From Candidatus Peregrinibacteria bacterium CG_4_10_14_0_2_um_filter_38_24 (GTDB lineage: Bacteria; Patescibacteriota; Gracilibacteria; UBA1369; LOWO2-01-FULL-3), in the NCBI GenBank assembly GCA_002792535.1, contig PFOM01000036.1, forward strand, positions 11,936-75,935: a stretch of 64,000 nucleotides of DNA, read 5' to 3'. Of the stretch, positions 46,741 through 54,583 are shown piece by piece. Position numbers and translations under genes: made by a program. Position 1 is the stretch's first letter; each line of letters begins with the position of its first letter. A model generated the notes under the pieces. That model was not told the DNA's origin. It saw nothing but the letters and a program-made list of their open reading frames with translations, and did not search any database.

Positions 46741-47016
46741 ATGAAAATATATTTAAAAAAATTTGGCACCACATTAATCTCCAGACCTGCGGGCAAAGAA
46801 GCCTTTTTAGCGCTTCAGCCCTCAATAAACGAAACACCGACAGATAGAAAAATCGAAATAGATTTTGAAGGGGTTTCAGTCCTCACTCCATCTTGGGCGG
46901 ATGAATTTATCACACCCCTGTCAAATCAACACAACGTAACTTTATTAAACACCGAGAATCCTTCAGTCAAAGCCACTTTGGAAACATTGAAAAAATCACA
47001 AGAGCCTCAATCCTAA
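46741..47016 (+). CDS. STAS-like DUF4325 domain protein
   Basis: A 91-aa protein with the DUF4325 pattern (ISRPAGKEAF...KIEIDFEGVSVLTPSWADEFITPL). Starts 10 nt after the upstream gene. Confidence 0.6.
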   Translation: MKIYLKKFGTTLISRPAGKEAFLALQPSINETPTDRKIEIDFEGVSVLTPSWADEFITPLSNQHNVTLLNTENPSVKATLETLKKSQEPQS

Positions 47017-47034
47017 AACACAAAAATCCCCCAC

Positions 47035-47064
47035 TTGCCAAATCTGCATTTAGCACTGTATAAT
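47035..47064 (+). promoter_or_regulatory. Candidate hrcA promoter (TTGCCA-N18-TATAAT) overlapping CIRCE
   Basis: Hexamers at 47035-47040 and 47059-47064. Confidence 0.5.
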
Positions 47065-47076
47065 CGCAACTGCTAA
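47050..47076 (+). promoter_or_regulatory. CIRCE-like HrcA operator (TTAGCACTG-N9-AACTGCTAA)
   Basis: Matches 8/9 and 7/9 positions of the TTAGCACTC-N9-GAGTGCTAA consensus. Lies 22 nt upstream of hrcA. Confidence 0.65.
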
Positions 47077-47097
47077 GTATATTTTTACGAAAAATCA

Positions 47098-47814
47098 ATG
47101 TCGGAAGATCGCAAAAAACAAGTACTACAAGCCATTATCAATCATTTCATTCAAACAGCTGAACCTGTCGGATCCAACACGATTTTGATAAGTTACAAAT
47201 TTCACGTGTCTCCTGCAACTATCAGAAATGACATGATGGAACTCGAAAACGAGGGATATATTTCACAACCACACACTTCCGCAGGAAGAGTCCCAACAGA
47301 CAAAGCATACCGACTTTTTGTAGATGAAATGGCCGACTACGACAAAGCACGCAAGGAAGCCCTAAAAGCACTCGCACTTATTCAAGGAAAATACGCCGCA
47401 GAGAAAGTTAGAGAAAATCTTCACGACGCAGTTTCAGTGCTTTCCAGAGCCACAAATCAAGTAAGCTTTTCTACAACTCCAGACAATCCACGAACATTTT
47501 TCTTAGGAATGAGCAACGCATTTTTACAACCAGAATTTGCAAACAATCCAGTAAGCGCCAGCGAAGTTTTCGAGGTTTTAGAAAGAAGCGATAAATTCGT
47601 AAAAACACTCGCAAACCTCGATGTTTCAGATGAAATAAAAGTATACATCGGAGACGAAAATATCATTCCACAAGCGCAATCTTGCAGTATTATCGTCACA
47701 AAATATCATAAAAACGGATACAATGGATTCATGGGAATCCTCGGCCCAAAACGCATGAACTATGCATTTAATATCGTGATTTTGGAAGAAATAAAAAAAC
47801 TTTTAGAACAATAA
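47098..47814 (+). CDS. hrcA: Heat-inducible transcription repressor HrcA (short form)
   Basis: Winged-helix N-terminus EPVGSNTILISYKFHVSPATIRNDMMELENEGYISQPHTSAGRVPTDKAYRLFVDEM. At 238 aa it is shorter than the ~340-aa HrcA I remember. Confidence 0.88.
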   Translation: MSEDRKKQVLQAIINHFIQTAEPVGSNTILISYKFHVSPATIRNDMMELENEGYISQPHTSAGRVPTDKAYRLFVDEMADYDKARKEALKALALIQGKYAAEKVRENLHDAVSVLSRATNQVSFSTTPDNPRTFFLGMSNAFLQPEFANNPVSASEVFEVLERSDKFVKTLANLDVSDEIKVYIGDENIIPQAQSCSIIVTKYHKNGYNGFMGILGPKRMNYAFNIVILEEIKKLLEQ

Positions 47815-47824
47815 TTCCACAAAA

Positions 47825-48391
47825 ATGACAGACGACAAAAATAACGAAAAAATAGATTTAAATAAAAAACTTAAAGAAGCAAAACTCAAAGCCGCGCAAG
47901 AAACGGAAAAAGCAAGCTCGACAATCAAACAAGAAGGCGAAGACGAACTTGCAAAATTGAGAGAAGAACTCGCTCAAATGACCGAGACCGCAAAACGCAC
48001 GATGGCCGACATGCAAAACCTACGAAGACGCTATGAAGAAGAGAAAAAATCGCTCGTTCTGATGGCAAACGCAGATTTAATCAAAAATCTTTTACCAATT
48101 TTCGACAACTTCAAAAGAGCGCAGACACATGCACCAAAAGACGCAAACGAAGAGACCGCAAAATGGCTCGAAGGAATCGAAATGGCAACAAACCAACTTG
48201 AAAAATTACTACAAGATTTCGGCGTCAAAAAAATAGAGTCACTCGGCCAAAAATTCAATCCCGATTTCCACGAAGCTCTAGCTCAAGACAAAGGCGAAAA
48301 AGACATCGTCCTCGAAGAACTTGAATCCGGCTATACACTTGGCGACAAAGTCCTAAGACATGCCAAAGTCAAAGTAGGAAACGGAGAATAA
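47825..48391 (+). CDS. grpE: Nucleotide exchange factor GrpE
   Basis: Coiled-coil N-terminal region, LLPIFDNFKRA, FNPDFHEAL. Conserved position between hrcA and dnaK. Confidence 0.9.
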   Translation: MTDDKNNEKIDLNKKLKEAKLKAAQETEKASSTIKQEGEDELAKLREELAQMTETAKRTMADMQNLRRRYEEEKKSLVLMANADLIKNLLPIFDNFKRAQTHAPKDANEETAKWLEGIEMATNQLEKLLQDFGVKKIESLGQKFNPDFHEALAQDKGEKDIVLEELESGYTLGDKVLRHAKVKVGNGE

Positions 48392-48422
48392 TAATTCAAC
48401 TATTCTTGCTTCCTACTTACAA

Positions 48423-48773
48423 GTGGCCTATTTGGATTTGTCGGAAGCCACGCCTCAAACGCCACAAAAACCGATTTTATTCGGATCTCAATACCAAGCA
48501 AAAAAACCAATACTAATCCCCGGATTAAATATAGACATTAAAGGAGGAGAAACATTTAAACTAATTACAATGACAGAGGTGACAGGAAGCGGCTGTGTCG
48601 GAACACTTGAAATAACAGACGCAAATGGAGAAAAACGCACAACAGGAGAAATTTATATTCCAAACGCTCTGGGAGATCCGGACACATCGGAAAGAATTCA
48701 AGATAAAGCCCCTCAGGCCACAGCACAAAACACACACGACAGATTCGAAGCAGTCGAAGCAGTCGGAGCATAA
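48423..48773 (+). CDS. Hypothetical protein inserted between grpE and dnaK (weak call)
   Basis: A 116-aa ORF with a GTG start and no recognisable family. Two antisense ORFs of similar length compete with it, so coding status is uncertain. Confidence 0.3.
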   Translation: MAYLDLSEATPQTPQKPILFGSQYQAKKPILIPGLNIDIKGGETFKLITMTEVTGSGCVGTLEITDANGEKRTTGEIYIPNALGDPDTSERIQDKAPQATAQNTHDRFEAVEAVGA

Positions 48774-48799
48774 ATAGAGCATAAATAGAAAAATTACTC

Positions 48800-48828
48800 T
48801 TGACCAACACTTATTAGCACTCTATAAT
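48800..48828 (+). promoter_or_regulatory. Near-consensus dnaK promoter (TTGACC-N17-TATAAT)
   Basis: Hexamers at 48800-48805 and 48823-48828. The -10 element sits inside the CIRCE spacer. Confidence 0.6.
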
Positions 48829-48840
48829 TACGAGTGCTAA
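48814..48840 (+). promoter_or_regulatory. Perfect-consensus CIRCE operator (TTAGCACTC-N9-GAGTGCTAA)
   Basis: Read directly: TTAGCACTC tataattac GAGTGCTAA, 47 nt upstream of the dnaK ATG. Confidence 0.9.
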
Positions 48841-48886
48841 TTTGCTGTAACGCACAGCAATCACATAAAACATTAACCAAAAAAAT

Positions 48887-50899
48887 ATGTCAAAAATAAT
48901 AGGTATCGACTTGGGAACAACAAATTCATGCGTTTCCGTAATGGAAGGAGGTGAAGCGATTGTAATCCCAAATTCCGAAGGTGGACGCACGACTCCATCC
49001 GTTGTAGCAATCAAAGACGGCGAAAGGCGCGTGGGAATTGCCGCAAAAAACCAAGCGGTCACAAATCCGGACAACACAATCTACTCAGCAAAACGTTTTA
49101 TCGGTCGCCAATATGACGAATCAATGACAGACATAAAAAGAGTTTCATATAAAACCGCGAAAGGAAAAGACGGTGAAGTGGAAATAATATTGGAAGGAAA
49201 ACAAAAACGCCCTGCCGAAATTTCCGCAATGGTCCTACAAAAATTAAAAGCGGACGCAGAAGCTTATCTCGGATATGAAGTAAAAGAAGCCGTCATCACC
49301 GTTCCTGCATACTTCAACGATTCACAAAGACAGGCCACAAAAGACGCAGGAAAAATCGCAGGACTTGATGTAAAAAGAATCATAAACGAACCAACCGCCG
49401 CCGCACTTGCATATGGAGTTGATAAAAAAGGAGGCGAGAAAAAAGTTGCAGTTTACGACTTTGGTGGAGGAACTTTCGACGTCTCTATTTTGGAGCTTGG
49501 AGAAGGCGTTTTTCAAGTAAAATCCACAAACGGAAACACACAATTGGGAGGTGACGATTTGGACGAAAGAGTAACAAAATGGCTAATAGATGAGTACAAA
49601 AAACAAAACGGTGCAGACATCTCGAAAGATAAATTGGCTATGCAAAGAATCAAAGAAGCCGCAGAAAAGGCAAAAATCGAATTATCATCTTTGCACGAAA
49701 CCACGATTTCGCTTCCATATATTACTGTCGACAAAGACGGTCCAAAAAATTTCGAAGCAAAATTGACCAGAACAAAACTCGAAGATTTAGTCGCAGACTT
49801 AATTGCACTCACTGAAGAACCTTGCAAACAAGCCATGAAAGACGCGAAGATTTTCGAAAGCGATATTGACGAAGTTTTGCTTGTTGGAGGAATGACACGT
49901 ATGCCCGCTATTCAAGCAAAAGTAAAAGAAATTTTCGGAAAAGAACCTTCGAGAGGATCAAATCCGGACGAAGTTGTCGCGCTCGGCGCAGGAATTCAAG
50001 GAGGAATTTTGCAAGGAGACTCTAACGTAAAAGATATTTTATTGGTCGACGTCACTCCCCTTTCACTTGGAATCGAAACACTTGGCGGAGTAAATACAAT
50101 TTTGATTGAAAAAAATTCCGCAATCCCTACATCAAAATCACAAGTTTTCTCAACTGCGGCCGACAATCAAACATCTGTCGAAATCAATGTTGTTCAAGGT
50201 GAACGCCCAATGGCATTGGACAACAAATCACTTGGAAAATTCGTATTGGACGGAATACCACCTTCCCCACGCGGAATGCCACAAATCGAGGTTTCATTCG
50301 ACATCGATTCAAACGGAATTTTGAATGTAAAAGCCGCGGACAAAGCCACAAATAAAGAACAACACATCACTATTGCCGGAAGCTCAAACATGAGCAAAGA
50401 AGAAGTCGAACAACGCAGACAGGAAGCTGAAAAATACGCCGAAGAAGACAAAAAGAAAAAGGAAATGATTGAACTGAAAAACCAAGCCGAAAGCTTGATC
50501 CTTCAATCGGAAAAAGCAATCAAAGACGCTGGCGACAAAGTCTCTGACGAACTCACAAAACCAATCAAGGAAAAAATCGAAACCCTTACAAAAGTGTTAG
50601 GAAACAAAGACGCCACATTCGAAGAAATCAAAACACCTTACGAAGACTTGAGCCAAGAAATCCAAAAAATCGGTGCCGAACTATACAAAACCGCCCAAGC
50701 CTCCGCACAACCTGCAGGCGCAGAAGGAAGCGAACCTAGCAGCGATGCTAGCGGAGCGGACAGTGAAGAGGGTTCCCCAAACGAAGCCGACGACGACGTC
50801 AAAGTCTACAAAAAAGGCGACAAAAAGAAAAGCAAAAAAGGCGATGATGATGTAGTAGAGGCGGAGGTTGTGGATGAGAAAAAGGAGAAGGAGAATTAA
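48887..50899 (+). CDS. dnaK: Molecular chaperone DnaK (Hsp70)
   Basis: [33 protein letters not shown], substrate-binding domain. Extended acidic/lysine-rich C-terminal tail. Confidence 0.98.
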   Translation: MSKIIGIDLGTTNSCVSVMEGGEAIVIPNSEGGRTTPSVVAIKDGERRVGIAAKNQAVTNPDNTIYSAKRFIGRQYDESMTDIKRVSYKTAKGKDGEVEIILEGKQKRPAEISAMVLQKLKADAEAYLGYEVKEAVITVPAYFNDSQRQATKDAGKIAGLDVKRIINEPTAAALAYGVDKKGGEKKVAVYDFGGGTFDVSILELGEGVFQVKSTNGNTQLGGDDLDERVTKWLIDEYKKQNGADISKDKLAMQRIKEAAEKAKIELSSLHETTISLPYITVDKDGPKNFEAKLTRTKLEDLVADLIALTEEPCKQAMKDAKIFESDIDEVLLVGGMTRMPAIQAKVKEIFGKEPSRGSNPDEVVALGAGIQGGILQGDSNVKDILLVDVTPLSLGIETLGGVNTILIEKNSAIPTSKSQVFSTAADNQTSVEINVVQGERPMALDNKSLGKFVLDGIPPSPRGMPQIEVSFDIDSNGILNVKAADKATNKEQHITIAGSSNMSKEEVEQRRQEAEKYAEEDKKKKEMIELKNQAESLILQSEKAIKDAGDKVSDELTKPIKEKIETLTKVLGNKDATFEEIKTPYEDLSQEIQKIGAELYKTAQASAQPAGAEGSEPSSDASGADSEEGSPNEADDDVKVYKKGDKKKSKKGDDDVVEAEVVDEKKEKEN

Positions 50900-50934
50900 A
50901 ATGGATACAAAATTACTTCTTAATTTCAAATAAA

Positions 50935-51135
50935 ATGCAAACTTTCTTCAAACCAGCTTCTGAAAAAAATCCAAAAACCGAGAAATGGACTCCAGTATAT
51001 ACACGAACAATTGAAGATGGTCCTACTAGCAATATGCAAACGGATAGTTTGAACAAAGAATTCAACACTCAAGAAGAAGCAGATCAATATTGCATAGGAT
51101 ATTGCCTACAACAAGGCTACACACAAATAGATTAA
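50935..51135 (+). CDS. Small hypothetical protein (66 aa)
   Basis: ATG-started ORF at the start of the AT-rich islet. No family recognised. Confidence 0.3.
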   Translation: MQTFFKPASEKNPKTEKWTPVYTRTIEDGPTSNMQTDSLNKEFNTQEEADQYCIGYCLQQGYTQID

Positions 51136-51154
51136 AATAATTAATAACAACTAT

Positions 51155-51337
51155 ATGGATCTAGAAAAATTCTTTGCATTATCCTTCTTCATAACATTGC
51201 CACTCGCATTCCTAGAAACAACAAGTCTAGTTAGATCTCCATTCGGCCAAGAAAGCTTTAGCCTAATAGCCTTCTGGTTCTTCATTAGTTACATAATTAC
51301 AAAGTTCATAGTTTGGATAAAAAACAGAAAAAAATAA
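51155..51337 (+). CDS. Small hypothetical two-TM membrane protein (60 aa)
   Basis: Hydrophobic segments FFALSFFITLPLAFL and FSLIAFWFFISYIITKFIVWI with a basic C-terminus. Confidence 0.3.
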   Translation: MDLEKFFALSFFITLPLAFLETTSLVRSPFGQESFSLIAFWFFISYIITKFIVWIKNRKK

Positions 51338-51396
51338 TTTTAACACTAGCCGGTTTCCGATCCAAGTAAAATAATTTTATAATTAACAACATATCT

Positions 51397-51555
51397 ATGG
51401 AAATACTTATAAGTCTTGCCTTAATTATTTTAATTGGTATATACATCGAATTACGGAGAAGTAGAAAAATGCTAAAATATATCGAGGTTAGATTGTATGA
51501 TATATACAAATATGTAAGTTCACTCAAAGATGTTGATCCTGATATATATTCATAA
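51397..51555 (+). CDS. Small hypothetical single-TM protein (52 aa), below the ORF-track cutoff
   Basis: Hand translation: MEILISLALIILIGIYIELRRSRKMLKYIEVRLYDIYKYVSSLKDVDPDIYS. It has an N-terminal TM helix followed by a charged tail. Confidence 0.25.
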   Translation: MEILISLALIILIGIYIELRRSRKMLKYIEVRLYDIYKYVSSLKDVDPDIYS

Positions 51556-51611
51556 ACAAAATTATATTATTATTTAGCTCGCTCATCCATATTTCTAACA
51601 CTAGAACCAAC

Positions 51612-52157
51612 ATGGAAGCTGATTATTCTAAAATAAAACTACATTCACTTTTCGATCCAATTAAAAAAATATTTGAATTTTTTATTCTCGGAACGATCTT
51701 CATAGGACAAAAAGACTTTCAAGCATTAATACTAGAACAAAATAAAGAACTAAGGTCTTTGATAGAAAAATACAACAAAGAAGTAAAACTTAGAGTAGAA
51801 GGAACCCGCGTAAAATCTAATACAAAAATGTACTACACTAATATAAGCCGATTAATGGCCATAGCAATATTTGATATTTTGCAATGCTCGAAATACCATA
51901 ATGCTGTCAAAAACAGTACTGTTTTTAAATTTGCAAAACACATACGCAATGGAGCAGCTCATGACAATACATTTGACTTAGCCCCTCCAATAAAAAATCC
52001 AATTACATGGCAAAAATTTACGATCACTCAAAGCTTGAATAAAACACCTGTTTTCCCAGATTTTATTGGTGCACCTACATTAATCTTTTTAATGAAGGAT
52101 ATTTCAGAAATGATCGAAAAGCATGAAGAAGAGAAAAATAGGCATCACAGCATATAA
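51612..52157 (+). CDS. HEPN-like protein with an Rx4H motif (candidate RNase), otherwise hypothetical
   Basis: A 181-aa mostly helical-looking protein. FAKHIRNGAAHDNTF contains R112-x4-H117 (nt 51945-51962) in the h-h-R-N-x-x-x-H context typical of HEPN domains. Confidence 0.45.
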   Translation: MEADYSKIKLHSLFDPIKKIFEFFILGTIFIGQKDFQALILEQNKELRSLIEKYNKEVKLRVEGTRVKSNTKMYYTNISRLMAIAIFDILQCSKYHNAVKNSTVFKFAKHIRNGAAHDNTFDLAPPIKNPITWQKFTITQSLNKTPVFPDFIGAPTLIFLMKDISEMIEKHEEEKNRHHSI

Positions 52158-52215
52158 TAGCTACCTAGCCAGTTCACGAGCTAAGTAAAATTATCCTTTA
52201 TAATTAATCTAAAGA

Positions 52216-52746
52216 ATGAAATCCCACTGGCTCTATTCCAAAACCAGCGACAACAAAGCAAGATTTTTACTTGGAGAAAAAGGTAACAAAACTTTAATAT
52301 GCATCGGCATAAATCCAAGCACCGCAGAACCTGATAATTTAGATCGAACTTTAACTGTCGTAAAAAGATTTTCTCGTGATTTGAAGTACAATTCATGGCT
52401 TATGTTAAACGTATATCCACAAAGGGCAACAAATCCAAATAATTTAGATTTAGAAATTAATAGCGAGTACCATTTTGAAAATTTGAAACAAATTGAAACA
52501 TTTTTAAAAACAGGAAAATTTGATATTTGGGCAGCATGGGGCACAAACATCAGTAAAAGAAAATATTTGTTTTCATGTTTAAAAGATATAGTTTCAATAA
52601 CGAAAAAACATTCAATTAACTGGCATACCATCGGCAAAAAAAGCAAAGAAGGTCATCCACATCATCCATTATATTTAGATAAAAAGTTGGGACTTGATTC
52701 ATTTGATATCAAGGAATACCTACAAAAAAACATAAAAAAATCATAA
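52216..52746 (+). CDS. DUF1643 domain protein
   Basis: Family pattern LICIGINPSTAEPDNLDRTLTVVKRFSRDLKYNSWLMLNVYPQRATNPNNL, and C-terminal GHPHHPLYL. Confidence 0.75.
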   Translation: MKSHWLYSKTSDNKARFLLGEKGNKTLICIGINPSTAEPDNLDRTLTVVKRFSRDLKYNSWLMLNVYPQRATNPNNLDLEINSEYHFENLKQIETFLKTGKFDIWAAWGTNISKRKYLFSCLKDIVSITKKHSINWHTIGKKSKEGHPHHPLYLDKKLGLDSFDIKEYLQKNIKKS

Positions 52747-52767
52747 ACTTTTTTTATAAAAATTCTA

Positions 52768-52796
52768 TTGACGGTGAGTGTACGCTCACCTATAAT
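52768..52796 (+). promoter_or_regulatory. Consensus-like dinD promoter (TTGACG-N17-TATAAT) whose spacer is an 18-bp palindrome (candidate repressor operator)
   Basis: Hexamers at 52768-52773 and 52791-52796. GGTGAGTGTACGCTCACC (52773-52790) is palindromic at 16 of 18 positions. Confidence 0.6.
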
Positions 52797-52822
52797 GCGG
52801 ACGAAATCAATCAACCGCACAC

Positions 52823-53662
52823 ATGGAAAAGAAAATCATACAAACACTAACGGAAAATTTTGAATCATTCGCTCATAAAACAGAACAGGGAGTTGAATTT
52901 TGGTTTGCAAGAGATTTGCAAAAACTTTTAGGATATGACAAATGGGATAATTTTTCACAAGTTATTGAAAAAGCTAAAACTGCCTGCGAAAAATCCACGC
53001 ATAAAATTTCGGACCATTTTGCCGACGCCGGGAAAAAGGTTTCTATCGGTTCTGGAGCCACAAAAGAGATTTTCGACATAATGCTGACTCGTTACGCCTG
53101 CTACCTCATCGCGCAAAACGGAGATCCACGAAAAGAACAAATAGCCTTCGCGCAAAACTACTTTGCAGTTCAAACAAGAAAATTTGAAATAATCGAAGAA
53201 AGAATAAAAGACTGGGAAAGACTTTCCGCAAGACAAAAACTCTCACTCTCAGAAAAAGAATTTTCAGAACTCATTTTCGAAAAAACAGGAAATGAAAAAA
53301 ATTTCGCAGTGATAAGAAGCAAAGGCGATAACGCTTTATTTGGCGGACATGATACTAATGCAATGAAGAAAAAACTTGGCATTCCAGAAAACAGACCACT
53401 CGCAGATTTTCTCCCAACCATCACGATAAAAGCAAAAGATTTTGCAACCGAAATCACCGTTTTCAATCTAAAAGACAAAGATCTAAAAGATGAAAAACAA
53501 ATTTCTAGCGAACACATTAAAAATAATCAAAGTGTAAGAAGTGTCCTCCTTGAAAGAGGCATAAAACCCGAAGAACTTCCGCCAGAAACAGACCTAAAGA
53601 AGCTCGAAAGAAAATTAAAAAACGACGACAAAAAAACTTTAAAAAATTCACAGAATTTGTAA
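52823..53662 (+). CDS. dinD: DNA damage-inducible protein D
   Basis: Collinear with E. coli DinD as I recall it (GVEFWFARDLQKLLGYDKWDNFSQVIEKAKTACEKS, SDHFADAGKKVSIGSGATKEIFDIMLTRYACYLIAQNGDPRKEQIAFAQNYFAVQTRK). Similar length (279 aa). Confidence 0.88.
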   Translation: MEKKIIQTLTENFESFAHKTEQGVEFWFARDLQKLLGYDKWDNFSQVIEKAKTACEKSTHKISDHFADAGKKVSIGSGATKEIFDIMLTRYACYLIAQNGDPRKEQIAFAQNYFAVQTRKFEIIEERIKDWERLSARQKLSLSEKEFSELIFEKTGNEKNFAVIRSKGDNALFGGHDTNAMKKKLGIPENRPLADFLPTITIKAKDFATEITVFNLKDKDLKDEKQISSEHIKNNQSVRSVLLERGIKPEELPPETDLKKLERKLKNDDKKTLKNSQNL

Positions 53663-53874
53663 ACAAAAAATTTAGTTACCATCTTTTGCGAGATATAAAC
53701 TAACATACAAGATAGTTTGCATCTCAAGTTTAAAAAATTGGAAAAATACGAAGTGACAAGAAAAAGCCTTCCGCCAATCTATGGTGTATAAACCACGGCC
53801 AAAAGCAAATTCCACAAACATAATAGCCAAATCATTCACAAAAGGCAAGCTTTTTAAACAAAAAAATCACAAAT

Positions 53875-53903
53875 TTGCAACGCCACAAATTCCGGCATAT
53901 TAT
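53875..53903 (+). promoter_or_regulatory. Candidate promoter (TTGCAA-N17-TATTAT) immediately upstream of the 84-aa membrane protein gene
   Basis: Hexamers at 53875-53880 and 53898-53903. The ATG at 53912 would leave a very short or absent leader. Confidence 0.3.
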
Positions 53904-53911
53904 AATCCCAC

Positions 53912-54166
53912 ATGCCAACACTCACTTCCTTACAAAAAGAAATCGACACAATCAAAACCCGCAACAAAAAAGTCGAGCTCGACAAAGCGTGGGAGACTTC
54001 ATGGACACGCAAATTAGTTATTCTGATCCTGACATACATTGTCATCGTAATATTTTTCTTCGCAGCAAATCTCGAAAATCCATTCCTAAACGCCATCGTC
54101 CCCTCAATCGGATTTTTCCTCTCCACTCTCACAATCACAATCTTCAAAAACTGGTGGATAAAATAA
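53912..54166 (+). CDS. Small two-TM membrane protein (KAWETSW motif family), hypothetical
   Basis: The N-terminal helical segment ending in VELDKAWETSWTRK, followed by two TM helices, resembles a conserved small-protein family I recall from other bacteria. Preferred over the two overlapping ORFs (53781.., 53875..), which have low-complexity basic translations. Confidence 0.5.
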   Translation: MPTLTSLQKEIDTIKTRNKKVELDKAWETSWTRKLVILILTYIVIVIFFFAANLENPFLNAIVPSIGFFLSTLTITIFKNWWIK

Positions 54167-54206
54167 TATAGACATCCATATAAACCTCACAAAATAAAAA
54201 ATTTAC

Positions 54207-54524
54207 ATGACCAAATTTTACCTTCTCGTAGCCGCAATAAACACACTCGACCTCATTGCCATAATATTCGCGAAACTTTGGAACATACATAAAAATCCGA
54301 TTTTCCTCGCGCTCACAATCCTCGGTTTCGGAAGCGCAGGATTCTTTTTTGCACTCTCACTAAAGTACGAAGGCATGGCCATCACAAACATTCTCTGGAT
54401 CGCCATTTCAGTAATTTTAGTCACAATCGTCGGCTATTTTTTCTTTAAAGAAGCAATTTCAGTCTTACAATTCATAGGAATCGCATTAATCATGATCGGA
54501 CTCGTCCTCATAAATTTAAAATAA
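54207..54524 (+). CDS. SMR-fold small membrane transporter (EmrE/ArnE-like, four TM)
   Basis: 105 aa with four TM helices. The C-terminal half aligns by eye with EmrE (WIAISVILVTIVGYFFFKEAISVLQFIGIALIMIGLVLINL). TM1 has Asp (NTLDLIA) rather than the canonical Glu14. Confidence 0.6.
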   Translation: MTKFYLLVAAINTLDLIAIIFAKLWNIHKNPIFLALTILGFGSAGFFFALSLKYEGMAITNILWIAISVILVTIVGYFFFKEAISVLQFIGIALIMIGLVLINLK

Positions 54525-54583
54525 AACTTTTCTTTTAACTCAAAAATCCGCTATATTAAGACAAGAAATTAATATTTTTTCAC

